From: an uncultured bacterium
GTDB taxonomy: Bacteria; Hydrogenedentota; Hydrogenedentia; Hydrogenedentales; JAEUWI01
NCBI GenBank assembly: GCA_963977445.1
Contig: CAXBPH010000002.1
Location: forward strand, 1-64,000
Direction of reading: 5' to 3'
DNA length: 64,000 nt
This document shows, one piece after another, positions 1 through 9,463 of the stretch. The translations under genes and the position numbers were made by a program. The notes under the pieces were generated by a model that was not told where the DNA came from, ran no database searches, and saw nothing but the letters and a program-made list of their open reading frames with translations. Within the stretch, counting starts at the first letter, position 1, and the number at the start of each line of letters is the position of its first letter.

Positions 1-342
1 TACTTAATACCCCGAGCAGCCCAAAAGATCCCGGCTTTGTGAAATATTCGGGCTAGGATATACCATAGACCGTGGTGACCGCGCAACGAATAAGGCGAAT
101 GAGACAATAATTTATCGGGGTTTTCCATGGGCAAACGGGATTATCGGGTCCATCAATGTAATCGCATCCCATCGATTTCAGTCTCCAGGACTCAGGCTCC
201 TGGTTCCAGAGGAGCGACAGTCAATAGCCTGCAAAAGGCCAACGTACCGGCGGCTTGGCCACTATCGTTTAAAGCAGCCTTTGACAATTGGGAGCGCTCA
301 ACCGATTGACTAGGAAAATGTCCGAAACGAATCTTCGCTTAC

Positions 343-1047
343 TTAGTCGCGGGCCAGTAGCCTTTTGCTGAGGGCTGCCGCCACCAGGGCATGGCCCCCA
401 TCGTTGGGGTGTAAGACGTCGAGCAGTAAGGCGTCGGCCTCCTCGTCGGGCAGCTGTCTATAGATTGCCCAGATGTCGACCAGGGGGACGTCCTGACGGG
501 CGGCCACGAGGCGCATGGTCGCGACATAGGCGTGGATGCGGGCGACTCGGAGGGGGTCCAGGGTGCTTTGGGGCGGATTGGGCGTCATGAGGATGACCTC
601 GACCCCATCGGCCTTCAGCGTCTCGACGAAATAGGTCAAATTCTCGCGATAGGCGGCCAGGGGTATTCGGGCGGGTTCGTTGGCATCATTGCTATCGGCC
701 CAGGAGTCGTTCCACCCGAATTGGATGACCACGATCTGGGGGGACTCGCTACGCACGGCTTTTTCGAAGCGGTCCCGGGCGTGCTCAATCTTGAAGCGGT
801 CATTATCCCGTATCGAGCCGGTGTGACTGCCCCCGATGCCCGCGTTGACGACAGTGGCCTCCACGCCCGACGCCCGCAGCAATTTTTCCAGCCGCACCGA
901 GTACACCTCCGCGATGGTATCGCGAAAGGCCGTCGTGGAATCACCAAAGGCCACAACCTTGAGTGGCTCGGCGGCCGGATCCGCCCACGCAACGTTCGCC
1001 ACAAGGGCGGTGCCGACAATCAGCCGGAGGAAATGTCTTCGATTCAT
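343..1047 (-). CDS. Exported SGNH/GDSL-family esterase
   Basis: Tat-like N-terminus (NRRHFL); block I FGDSTT, block II NAGIGG, block III GWND, catalytic DVLHPN. Confidence 0.9.
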   Translation of the reverse strand: MNRRHFLRLIVGTALVANVAWADPAAEPLKVVAFGDSTTAFRDTIAEVYSVRLEKLLRASGVEATVVNAGIGGSHTGSIRDNDRFKIEHARDRFEKAVRSESPQIVVIQFGWNDSWADSNDANEPARIPLAAYRENLTYFVETLKADGVEVILMTPNPPQSTLDPLRVARIHAYVATMRLVAARQDVPLVDIWAIYRQLPDEEADALLLDVLHPNDGGHALVAAALSKRLLARD

Positions 1048-1101
1048 AGTTGCAATATCCTCTTGTTGAACGTCGTCGCTGGTGGGCGGACAAAGCCCGC
1101 C

Positions 1102-3654
1102 TCAGTCCAATTTCACCTTCGCCAGGTAGATACTCGTTTTGCCCTCGTGGGAGGAATAGTAACTTACCCAAAGAAGGTCGTCGTGCCAGACGAGTCCGGG
1201 GTAGCTCGTATCGCCACCCGACGGCAAGCCGAGGAATTCGGTGAGTTTGCCGGTCTCGGGATTGACCCAGCAGAGGGCCGTGCGTACGGGGCTGTCGTAG
1301 AGCCGTACCGCCGCGACGAGGCGCCCGTCGGGGAGTTCCATCATGGCAGGACCGCCAATCTTCATGCCGACGTCTTTCCAGGTCCAGTCGGTGTAAGGCG
1401 GCTGGGCGGTGCCGAAGAGGCCTTCGGTGCTTTTGGGGGCCTGTTCATCGCGGCGCAGGAGGCAATAGGCGGTGCCGTCTTCGAGGAAGACTATCTGGCT
1501 CTCATTACTGTATTCGTCGTCCCTCAGTTTATCGACAAGCACGTCGAATTGCTTCCCATCGGTGCTCTTGTAGAGCCGGGCAAAGCGCTTGGGCCATTTT
1601 TTGCCCGTGGTGTAGCCGATACCGTAGGCCGTGTCTTTATTCCACGTGACCCGCCAGAGCCAGAGGTCCTTCTCCCCAATGGGCACGCCCTCGGTCCAGG
1701 TGCGGCCGTCTTCGGAGAAATAAGCCATGGTCTGGTGCCGCGCGTCCGCCGGTTGGTGGAGTGCCGCCGCGCCCGTGAGCATGAGTCGGTTGTCGGGCGT
1801 AAGGCAGATCTGGGCGTCCCGCAGGTCCGCCGTTTCCGACGTAATCCGCGCGACGGAGGTCCAGGATTCGCCGTCGGTCGAGGTGATGACCTGGAGGGCC
1901 CCATTGTCGGAAACGTGGCCGTCGCCTTCACGGAATACGCAATACCAGGCGTCCTTATAGCGGATGAGGTTGGTGAAGGCGCTGTGGGGTGCTTCGTCCC
2001 AGATGCGGGCATAATCGACGAGGGTTGCCGTGGGCACGGTGCCCTGCTCGACGGGCATAAAGTGGATGCCCGTGGAGTTCGCCAGGAAGCGCTTGGCACG
2101 AATGTTGGAGAGTTCGCCTTCTTCGTAATACACGATGAGGACGGTGCCGTCTTTCAGATTAACCATGGAGGGATAGGAGCCGATGAAGTTATCGACCAGG
2201 ACCGAGTCGCTCCAGGTCTTGCCTTCGTCGAAGCTGTAGTGGAGGCTCGTCTGGGGCAGGCGATGGGCGAGAATGAGGATGTCGTCCACCGTGCGGTGCA
2301 GATAGGGGGCGTGGCCGGGGAAGCCATAGGGGGCGGAAACGCTCCAGGTCTTGCCGCCGTCCTTCGATTCGGACCAGGCCATGGTGTCGCCGCCGCTGCG
2401 CTGTGCCGCGTGGAGGGTGCCGTCTTTCAACTCGATGAGGTCTGTTTCCGCATCGAGGGGCATGCCGTTGTTGTCGATGTCGGCGACAGGGCCCCAGGTC
2501 ATGCCGTCATCATCGGAGAAGACGACCGCACCATGGCTCAGGCTGTCGGTTTCCCGGTAGAGTCCCAGGGCCAGACGGCCATCGGAGAGTTGGCGGATGG
2601 GAGAGCTGCAATAGTAATCGGCCGTAATCAGCCGGGGCTCCGACCAGGTCTTGCCGAGGTCATCGGAGTGTACCGTCCAGGAGCCGAGGCCCTTAAAAGG
2701 AGGACTATTGCCGGGGTCGGCGGCCAATGAAAAGTAGCTGCATAGGAGCCGTCCGCTGGCGGTTTGCACGATGGAGGGGTCCCGGTCATCGTCGGGGCCA
2801 TCGTAGAGGGTTGCTGCCGGGGTCCAGGTGCGGCCCTCATCGCTGGAGAGGCAATAGGAGATGCGTCCGCCCTTGGGAAGCTGTTCATTGGGCAAGGCGA
2901 TATGGCCATAGCCCGCGTAAAAGACGCACAGGAGTCGACCATCACTGAGGCGGCAGACATCGGGGAAGGCCTCATAGGCACCCGCCCCGGCATCGGTGCA
3001 CACATAGGTAAAGTCGGGGGATGGGGGTTCCGGCAGGACAAAATCGCCCTCGGCCTTGGTGGCGTCCCCCGAGACGACGATGTCTTTTACCCGGGCGAGT
3101 CCCTGACCGGCATAAAAGCCAATTCGGCCTTTTTTCAGCGTGGCGTCCTGGGTTTCATAGAGGAGCGTGCCATTGAGAAACACGCGGAGGGTGTCGCCTA
3201 TGCACTGCAACTCGCCTTCGTGCCAGGTGCCGGCCGGTTTGTCCAACCCGCCAACCCGCTTCAGTTCGTTCCAGGATTGGGCCTTGTCCGAGCGACAGAG
3301 GATGGCCTGTCCCCTATCAAAGTGGACATAATAGAAATGGTCGCCATCGGTCGCACGAACCACAAAGCCACAGGCCAATACGCCGTTGTCTTGTGGTTCC
3401 ACGAAGAATTTTGCCTTGAGGGAAACATCGGTCCATTCCGAGGGCAGGTAGTAGGCCTGGGTCGGGATAAGGCGTCCATCCAACACGAGCTCGCCTTTTT
3501 CGATGCGCCCGTTGCTGTCAGAGAAGACCCACTGGTCGGTGGCGTTTTCGCTGACCAGGTCAACGACCGTGTCGGCCCCGTGTGCGGACCCCACGAGCAA
3601 TGCCATCAGCAGCAGGGTGGAAAACAGGAATCGGGAAAAAGTCGGTACGGTCAT
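1102..3654 (-). CDS. Secreted sialidase-like protein: DUF1080-like lectin domain plus two BNR/Asp-box beta-propeller domains
   Basis: Signal peptide; Asp-boxes SSDEGRTW, SDDLGKTW, SDDDGMTW, SKDGGKTW, SFDEGKTW, STDGESW, SEDGRTW; N-domain ends in KGRIGFY. Confidence 0.8.
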   Translation of the reverse strand: MTVPTFSRFLFSTLLLMALLVGSAHGADTVVDLVSENATDQWVFSDSNGRIEKGELVLDGRLIPTQAYYLPSEWTDVSLKAKFFVEPQDNGVLACGFVVRATDGDHFYYVHFDRGQAILCRSDKAQSWNELKRVGGLDKPAGTWHEGELQCIGDTLRVFLNGTLLYETQDATLKKGRIGFYAGQGLARVKDIVVSGDATKAEGDFVLPEPPSPDFTYVCTDAGAGAYEAFPDVCRLSDGRLLCVFYAGYGHIALPNEQLPKGGRISYCLSSDEGRTWTPAATLYDGPDDDRDPSIVQTASGRLLCSYFSLAADPGNSPPFKGLGSWTVHSDDLGKTWSEPRLITADYYCSSPIRQLSDGRLALGLYRETDSLSHGAVVFSDDDGMTWGPVADIDNNGMPLDAETDLIELKDGTLHAAQRSGGDTMAWSESKDGGKTWSVSAPYGFPGHAPYLHRTVDDILILAHRLPQTSLHYSFDEGKTWSDSVLVDNFIGSYPSMVNLKDGTVLIVYYEEGELSNIRAKRFLANSTGIHFMPVEQGTVPTATLVDYARIWDEAPHSAFTNLIRYKDAWYCVFREGDGHVSDNGALQVITSTDGESWTSVARITSETADLRDAQICLTPDNRLMLTGAAALHQPADARHQTMAYFSEDGRTWTEGVPIGEKDLWLWRVTWNKDTAYGIGYTTGKKWPKRFARLYKSTDGKQFDVLVDKLRDDEYSNESQIVFLEDGTAYCLLRRDEQAPKSTEGLFGTAQPPYTDWTWKDVGMKIGGPAMMELPDGRLVAAVRLYDSPVRTALCWVNPETGKLTEFLGLPSGGDTSYPGLVWHDDLLWVSYYSSHEGKTSIYLAKVKLD

Positions 3655-3909
3655 AGTGCCTCATTGCAGTTGTCGGGCGACGTGGGTCACCTGTTTGTGT
3701 GAAACGAATTGGTTCGTTAGCCTACGGGATTGCACAGGAGGGACACAACACGAGGTCGCACCCCTGAAAAGGTCTCTCTGTTTTAAGAAAGTCGCGGTGC
3801 TTATGGGCGGGTAAACCGCCCAAAGTTTCTGTGTGCTCTGACATAGGGTGAGGGTCTATACTATCGGGTCATTCAACCTACCTGTGTCACAAAATAGGAA
3901 GCCCCTCCA

Positions 3910-4491
3910 ATGCGTCTCGAAAACCCCACTTCCATGACCGACCATCTGTTGCGCCAGACCCGGGTCCACCACGTGCAACTCAGCACCATGGCCGATGTGA
4001 AGGCCAATATGATGCTGACGGTGGCCTCGGTGGTCCTGACCTATACCATCGGCTATCTGGCAGACCCGGCCTTTCAATGGGGGGCCCTCACGCTCATTTT
4101 GTTCTGTATGGCGACCATCGTGGCGGCAATTTATGCCACCATGCCCCGCGTCGCCCTGCCGGGAACGAAAAAGGGGCCTATCGACGTGAAATCCCCCAAT
4201 TTTAATCTGCTCTTCTTCGGGAGTTTCATCCATTTGTCCTACGAAGAATTTAACAGCGCCATGGAAGCGCTGCTGAACGATTCCGGTGACGCCGGGGATG
4301 CCATGGTGCGCGAGATTTATACCTTGGGCGTTTTCCTTGCCCACAAAAAATACCGTTATCTTCGTTGGGCCTACCTGCTCTTCCTTACGGGGCTTTTCGC
4401 GGCCGGTGTGGTGCAGGCCGTGGTGCTGACCTTGCACAACATGGGCTTTGTCGTGTGGCACCTCAGCTTCAGTCCGCCGGTCGTGCCCTGA
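3910..4491 (+). CDS. DUF5706 / Pycsar-type transmembrane effector family protein
   Basis: QLSTMADVKANMML motif, two TM helices, LLFFG loop, and HKKYRYLR followed by a C-terminal TM helix. Confidence 0.7.
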   Translation: MRLENPTSMTDHLLRQTRVHHVQLSTMADVKANMMLTVASVVLTYTIGYLADPAFQWGALTLILFCMATIVAAIYATMPRVALPGTKKGPIDVKSPNFNLLFFGSFIHLSYEEFNSAMEALLNDSGDAGDAMVREIYTLGVFLAHKKYRYLRWAYLLFLTGLFAAGVVQAVVLTLHNMGFVVWHLSFSPPVVP

Positions 4492-4588
4492 GTGTTGCTT
4501 GGGTACAGTTACCGATTGATTGACAGCCCAGTTCCAATACACCACGACGTGCTGCAATCGGAAACTGTCCCCGTGATGCCCATTCATT

Positions 4589-4627
4589 CACGGGCAAGTC
4601 TTGCAGACTTGTCCGTGCCACCCAGAC
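4589..4627. repeat. REP-like palindromic element, copy 1
   Basis: cacgggcaagtc-ttgca-gacttgtccgtg-ccacccagac, identical over 39 nt to 12501-12539; lies between convergent genes. Confidence 0.85.
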
Positions 4628-4651
4628 AGCCTTTTTGATGGCACCAGGGCA

Positions 4652-5596
4652 TTAGAGACCAGCGCGACGCCAGACTACCAGAGGAATCAGCGGCAGGTAG
4701 AGGGGCCAGCAGAATCGTCCTCCCATAAAGGCGGCGGACATGGCATAGGCCATGAGGGCGAGACAGGGCAACGTCATGGCGATGATATAGGCCCGCGTGG
4801 GGCGGGGCAGTGGGACGTTGTTCTTTCCGGGCAGGCACAAGAGAAGCAGCAGGGGCAGCAGGGTGAGCAGGACCGTAGCCCACGACACGGGCCGCGTCAG
4901 GTTGGCCAGGAAACGGGGCCAGGAGGGCGTCCAGAAATAGGCGGGGAGATCGGCAAAATACCAGCGACTTGCCAGGGCGGCGAGGAGGGTCGCCAGGGTG
5001 ACCATCAGGGCGGCAACATATCGACGGGGACGGGGGAGCAGGCCGGTATAGAGCCAGAGCGCGGGGACCATGAGCAGGGTGCTTTCCCGAACGCAGGCCC
5101 CTATGATGAGGACAGCGCCCATCGCGTAGAAACGTCCCCCGACCATAAACCACGAAGCCGCCGCCAGCACGAGAAAACCCGCAGCATCGGTGAGGGCGGC
5201 CGATCCATAATTTATCGTGGGGAAAGAGCACACCAGCAGGGTCATGGCGAAGACCAATTGCTGCCGACCCTGGAGCAGGTGGCCCCATAGTTTCAGGGTG
5301 AAGAAACCCGCTCCCATGGTGGCAACAAGGCTGCACAGTCCCAGGGCCGTAGTGGGGGATACGCCGGGTAGTAGGCTCGCCAGGGCGGGGACGAACCAGC
5401 GAAAGGCAAAGGGCGTCTGCAGGGTCTCCCGTGGAAGGGTGCCCTGAAAATAGGCGAGCAAGTTAGTGTAATAAACAGAGTCCGGTGTGGTGTGGGCGAA
5501 ACGGGGGAGAGCGAGGGCCACCGTTGCCGCGAGGACAAACACGATCAGTGTTCGGTCTTTTTTCAATGCCTCAGGGGATGATGGAGGTGTTTCCAT
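4652..5596 (-). CDS. Multi-pass membrane protein, GT-C/PMT-like glycosyltransferase fold
   Basis: Start reassigned to METPPSS (ATG 5596); PDSxYY luminal motif after TM1, PFAFRW, LTD and VRES motifs, about 9 hydrophobic segments. Confidence 0.6.
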   Translation of the reverse strand: METPPSSPEALKKDRTLIVFVLAATVALALPRFAHTTPDSVYYTNLLAYFQGTLPRETLQTPFAFRWFVPALASLLPGVSPTTALGLCSLVATMGAGFFTLKLWGHLLQGRQQLVFAMTLLVCSFPTINYGSAALTDAAGFLVLAAASWFMVGGRFYAMGAVLIIGACVRESTLLMVPALWLYTGLLPRPRRYVAALMVTLATLLAALASRWYFADLPAYFWTPSWPRFLANLTRPVSWATVLLTLLPLLLLLCLPGKNNVPLPRPTRAYIIAMTLPCLALMAYAMSAAFMGGRFCWPLYLPLIPLVVWRRAGL

Positions 5597-5715
5597 GAAT
5601 CCGGCCACTTTCGTGCGTTGACACCCCGAATGTCGGGCGCGTGTGCAATACCATTGAGCCGGAGTGTAGCATTGACGTTTGCATGCCGCAACCGGGCAAC
5701 GGGAAAGGTCTATAC

Positions 5716-8163
5716 ATGAGCGATACATCACTGGAGTCGTTGAAAAACGAGCCTGCCGAAATCGAGGGCGAAAGACAAGAGATTCGTGACAATGGCGGGT
5801 TGTTCCCTGTCCTGTTGCTCGTTGTCTTACTTGTGATTCACGTGGGCATGAATCTCTGGTGGTTGGGGGCCGACAACCACACGATACGTACCGACGAAGA
5901 GGGGCACATGCTTCTGGCCCGGACTTATCATGAAGCCCTCTTCGTGAAGGAATTTGCCGATCCCATGGAGCGCTTGATTGCGGTGTCGCAAATTCGCCCG
6001 GGAAATCCGGCCCATCCGCCCCTGTTTCATATCCTGGGTGCCCTGATGATCGGTATCTTCGGCTACAGCACCGATACGATGGCCCTGACCAATACATTCA
6101 TGCTGGTCATCCTGCTCCTGGGATGTAACGCCCTCGCCCGCTCTTTTCTCGACCGCTGGCAGAGCCTTTTTGTCGTGTTTGTCATCAGCATGACCCCTAT
6201 GGTCTATGCCTCTTCGCGCTTTTTTATGACGGATTTTGCCACGGCTGCCCTGGTCGTATGGGCGATAGTGGCCCTGGTTCGCAGCGAAGGTTTTCGCCGA
6301 CCCTCCTGGGTTTTCCTCTTCGCGGCCCTCAATGGTCTCGGAATCCTGACGCGGAGCGTAAGTTTCGCCTACCTCCTGTTGCCGGCCATTCTTGCAGTCT
6401 TCCTGGGCATGATTCATCTTATGGGCAACCGGCGCTCTCAGGCGGTCAACGCACCAGGCTGGGGCACGTGGAGTGTCAATATCATTATGGCCCTGACCGT
6501 AACGGTGGGTGTTTTTGCCCCGTGGTACTACGCCAACCTCGAGCCCTTCTATACGTACTGGTCCAACAAGGAGATAGGGAACACCCGTGGTCCCCTGACC
6601 CGTTTTGTGCCCTACAACGGGCCAACCGCCCCACCGGCACCCTCGACCATGCCCGGTGATGCCGCCGCCCCGGCAATTACCCCGCCAACCCCCGCCACCC
6701 TCGACTACGCGCTGCAAAAGGTGATCAATCCGGCCGTCGCCTGGATTCGCTATCCCGTGTATCTGGTCAATAACGGCCTCTTTATTCCCCTATCGGCCCT
6801 GGCCCTGTTGGGCATGATATTCGTCTTCCTGCGCCGTCAGTTTCGAAGTGCTGCCGTGCTCTATCTCTACGCCTGGATTCTTGGCAGCTGGTTCTTCTTC
6901 TCCGTCATGCTCCGTTCCGGTACGCCCCGCTACGGCTTGCCTGTGGCACCGGCTCTGGCCCTTTTCGCCGCTTTGTTCATCCTGTGCCTGCCCTTCCGAA
7001 TTGTACGCCAGTGTGCCGGGGTCTTGCTGATTGCCGTATTGGCTTTTCAATACGGAAATATCACGGTTCAATCGTATGGGGAGTTCGGGGCCTTCACCAT
7101 TCCCGTGCCCGCCCTCGAAAAAGAATCCCGCCACTTTATCGACGATGGCCTGGTGCTCTACAAGGACCACCTGACCCTGAGCGACGCCTATGGCCGACTG
7201 GGCGCACCCCGCTCCGATAACTACAAAGAGCAATTTATCCAGACCATGATCGACTGGGAAAAAGCCCTCCCCGTGCGTGAAGGGACCTACGCCAACTACC
7301 AGAAATTGGGCCTTCGGGGCATGCCCCTCTATGAGCAGCACTACTGGCCCGGAGACAATCCCTATCGCCTGGCTTCCCTTGCGCCCGGAGATGTTCCCGA
7401 GCGGCGCTTACGTATGATTCACATGGGACTTGAGCCCGAGCATCTCCTCTCGCGGCTACCCGAAACCGACTACATTTTGTATCAGGTGGACGCTGCCCTC
7501 GGTGAGCAGGCGAATGCCTATGAGGCCTTTTTTGCCGCCCGGGGCTTCAAGCCCATTGCGAGATTTGAAGTGCCCGCCTTCGGGTGGGTGCCCAAAACCA
7601 TCAATGGGGTACTGGCGAAAGAACTGCAAGGGGAGCTGGTCGAAGTCAACGAAACAAGCGTTGCCGCCATGAATCTCTATGATTTGTACGAACTTCGTCG
7701 TTCTGCGGATTTTGCGCGCCTTTCTCCGGAGCTTCAGGCGCTGGTGGGCCAGACTTTCGAGACAAAACTTGCAGCGATTGCCACGCCCTTTCCCCTCAAT
7801 GACGCGGTTAGCTTCATGGCGGCCGAGGTTCAGAAAACCGGTGAAACGTCCTTTCAATTTCGATTGATTTTCAAGGTGGAAAAGGCCATTGACCGGGACT
7901 GGCGTATGCTCTTCCACGGATTTGTCGAGGAGGCCAATCTGGCGACCTTGCCGGCCGAAAAACAGGCCCAGGGTTATATAGACTGGAATTTTGACCCTGA
8001 CCCGCCCACCACGCTCTGGGAGCCGGGCCGCTACGTGATATTGACCCACGGCATTGAAACACCGCCCATGGTCTATCAGTTCAAGTTCGGATTATTCCGC
8101 GAAGACAGCCTCTTCGGGCGAACGGCATTGTTGAAGACCATGGACTTGAGCGCAATCCCGTAG
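5716..8163 (+). CDS. GT39/ArnT-like membrane glycosyltransferase with large C-terminal soluble domain
   Basis: TDEEGH acidic motif after TM1, HPPLF motif, many TM helices; ATG 5716 follows an aaagg RBS. Confidence 0.75.
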   Translation: MSDTSLESLKNEPAEIEGERQEIRDNGGLFPVLLLVVLLVIHVGMNLWWLGADNHTIRTDEEGHMLLARTYHEALFVKEFADPMERLIAVSQIRPGNPAHPPLFHILGALMIGIFGYSTDTMALTNTFMLVILLLGCNALARSFLDRWQSLFVVFVISMTPMVYASSRFFMTDFATAALVVWAIVALVRSEGFRRPSWVFLFAALNGLGILTRSVSFAYLLLPAILAVFLGMIHLMGNRRSQAVNAPGWGTWSVNIIMALTVTVGVFAPWYYANLEPFYTYWSNKEIGNTRGPLTRFVPYNGPTAPPAPSTMPGDAAAPAITPPTPATLDYALQKVINPAVAWIRYPVYLVNNGLFIPLSALALLGMIFVFLRRQFRSAAVLYLYAWILGSWFFFSVMLRSGTPRYGLPVAPALALFAALFILCLPFRIVRQCAGVLLIAVLAFQYGNITVQSYGEFGAFTIPVPALEKESRHFIDDGLVLYKDHLTLSDAYGRLGAPRSDNYKEQFIQTMIDWEKALPVREGTYANYQKLGLRGMPLYEQHYWPGDNPYRLASLAPGDVPERRLRMIHMGLEPEHLLSRLPETDYILYQVDAALGEQANAYEAFFAARGFKPIARFEVPAFGWVPKTINGVLAKELQGELVEVNETSVAAMNLYDLYELRRSADFARLSPELQALVGQTFETKLAAIATPFPLNDAVSFMAAEVQKTGETSFQFRLIFKVEKAIDRDWRMLFHGFVEEANLATLPAEKQAQGYIDWNFDPDPPTTLWEPGRYVILTHGIETPPMVYQFKFGLFREDSLFGRTALLKTMDLSAIP

Positions 8164-8379
8164 GTACCCTGTCTGAAACCCCGTTTTGAACGATTCGGAC
8201 CGATGCAGGCCGTCGTAGCGTATGCCCATGAAAAGGGTGTCCTTCAGCAGAGCATCTCCCGTAAAATATGGTATTGTAGAGAAGACAGCAGGCTTGGGAA
8301 GGCTATGTATCCATAGCCACCCAGAATGTGCGCCCTACCTTGGTCGGGAGGGTGCGAGGACGCAACAGGAGCAAATGCC

Positions 8380-9462
8380 ATGGCTATGACGATGGACGCG
8401 TTGATGCAAGGGGCCATCGACAGGAATGCCTCGGATATCCACCTGAAAGAAGGCAACCCGCCTATTTTTCGTATCGATGGAGCCCTGGTTCGAATCGAAG
8501 GTGAAGAGGTGTTGACGGAAGAAGATCTGCAGGCCATGTTGCAGCAGATTGCGTCTCCCCCTGATATTGCCAAGTTCCAGAAAGTGATGGAGTTAGATAA
8601 CTCCTACTTTTTCGCGGGCAAGGCGCGTTTTCGTATCAATTGCTGTAAAGACGACGGCGATACCCGAATTGTCATGCGTCTCATTCCTCTGGAAATCAAG
8701 ACCATTGAAGAGTTGCGTCTACCCGTCGTGCTTAAAAAGCTCTGCGGACTGAAGAACGGGCTGGTGCTTGTAACCGGCCCCACCGGTAGTGGTAAATCAA
8801 CGTCCCTGGCTGCGCTCATCAATGATATCAACACCAATCGACCCGACCACATTATTACGGTCGAGGATCCCGTGGAATTCCTGCACCGGGATAAGCTGGC
8901 TATCGTTACCCAACGAGAAATCGGGCACGATACCCTGTCCTTCGCCAACGCACTGCGGGGGGCGCTCCGACAGGATCCGGATGTGATTCTCATCGGCGAA
9001 ATGCGTGACTCTGAGACGGTCCGCACCGCCTTGGCTTCGGCGGAAACCGGTCACCTGGTATTCTCAACCTTGCATACCGTGGACGCCGTGGAAACCCTGA
9101 ACCGGGTTATCGACTTCTTCGAGCCCCATCAACAGATTCAGATTCGGAAGCAGATGGCGTCGGTGCTCCGTGGGGTGATATCTCAACGTATCCTTCCCCT
9201 CGCCGAAGGTGCCGGTCGTTGTGTGGCGGCGGAAATTCTACTGGGCACCCGTACGGTGCGGGATTTCATCGAAAAAGGAAAGTCCTTCAAAGACATTGTT
9301 GGTCTCATCGAAGAGGGCTTCGAGCAATACGGTATGCAAACCTTCGATCAGGATCTTTACAATCACTGGAAAGCAAAACGAATCACGGGAGAAGTGGCCC
9401 TGGCGAATGCCACCAGTGCGAAGGACCTTAAGCTGCGCATGCAGGGTATGGCTGTTAATTAA
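8380..9462 (+). CDS. pilT: PilT/PilU-family type IV pilus retraction ATPase
   Basis: ASDIHL, Walker A GPTGSGKST, TVEDPVE, ALRQDPDVILIGEMRD, His-box TGHLVFSTLHT, GMQTFDQ; aggag RBS. Confidence 0.9.
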   Translation: MAMTMDALMQGAIDRNASDIHLKEGNPPIFRIDGALVRIEGEEVLTEEDLQAMLQQIASPPDIAKFQKVMELDNSYFFAGKARFRINCCKDDGDTRIVMRLIPLEIKTIEELRLPVVLKKLCGLKNGLVLVTGPTGSGKSTSLAALINDINTNRPDHIITVEDPVEFLHRDKLAIVTQREIGHDTLSFANALRGALRQDPDVILIGEMRDSETVRTALASAETGHLVFSTLHTVDAVETLNRVIDFFEPHQQIQIRKQMASVLRGVISQRILPLAEGAGRCVAAEILLGTRTVRDFIEKGKSFKDIVGLIEEGFEQYGMQTFDQDLYNHWKAKRITGEVALANATSAKDLKLRMQGMAVN

Positions 9463-9463
9463 T

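Noticed and set aside
127..309. 60-aa ORF and a gggcaaac c-di-GMP riboswitch-like seed
   Set aside because: No RBS or motif for the ORF, and the remaining riboswitch helices are absent
532..3702. Long + strand ORFs (732 aa and 312 aa) opposite the esterase and sialidase-like genes
   Set aside because: Antisense shadows of GC-biased real genes with no motifs; the same applies to 31687-32799, 39479-40321, 40643-42004, 54284-55393 and similar ORFs
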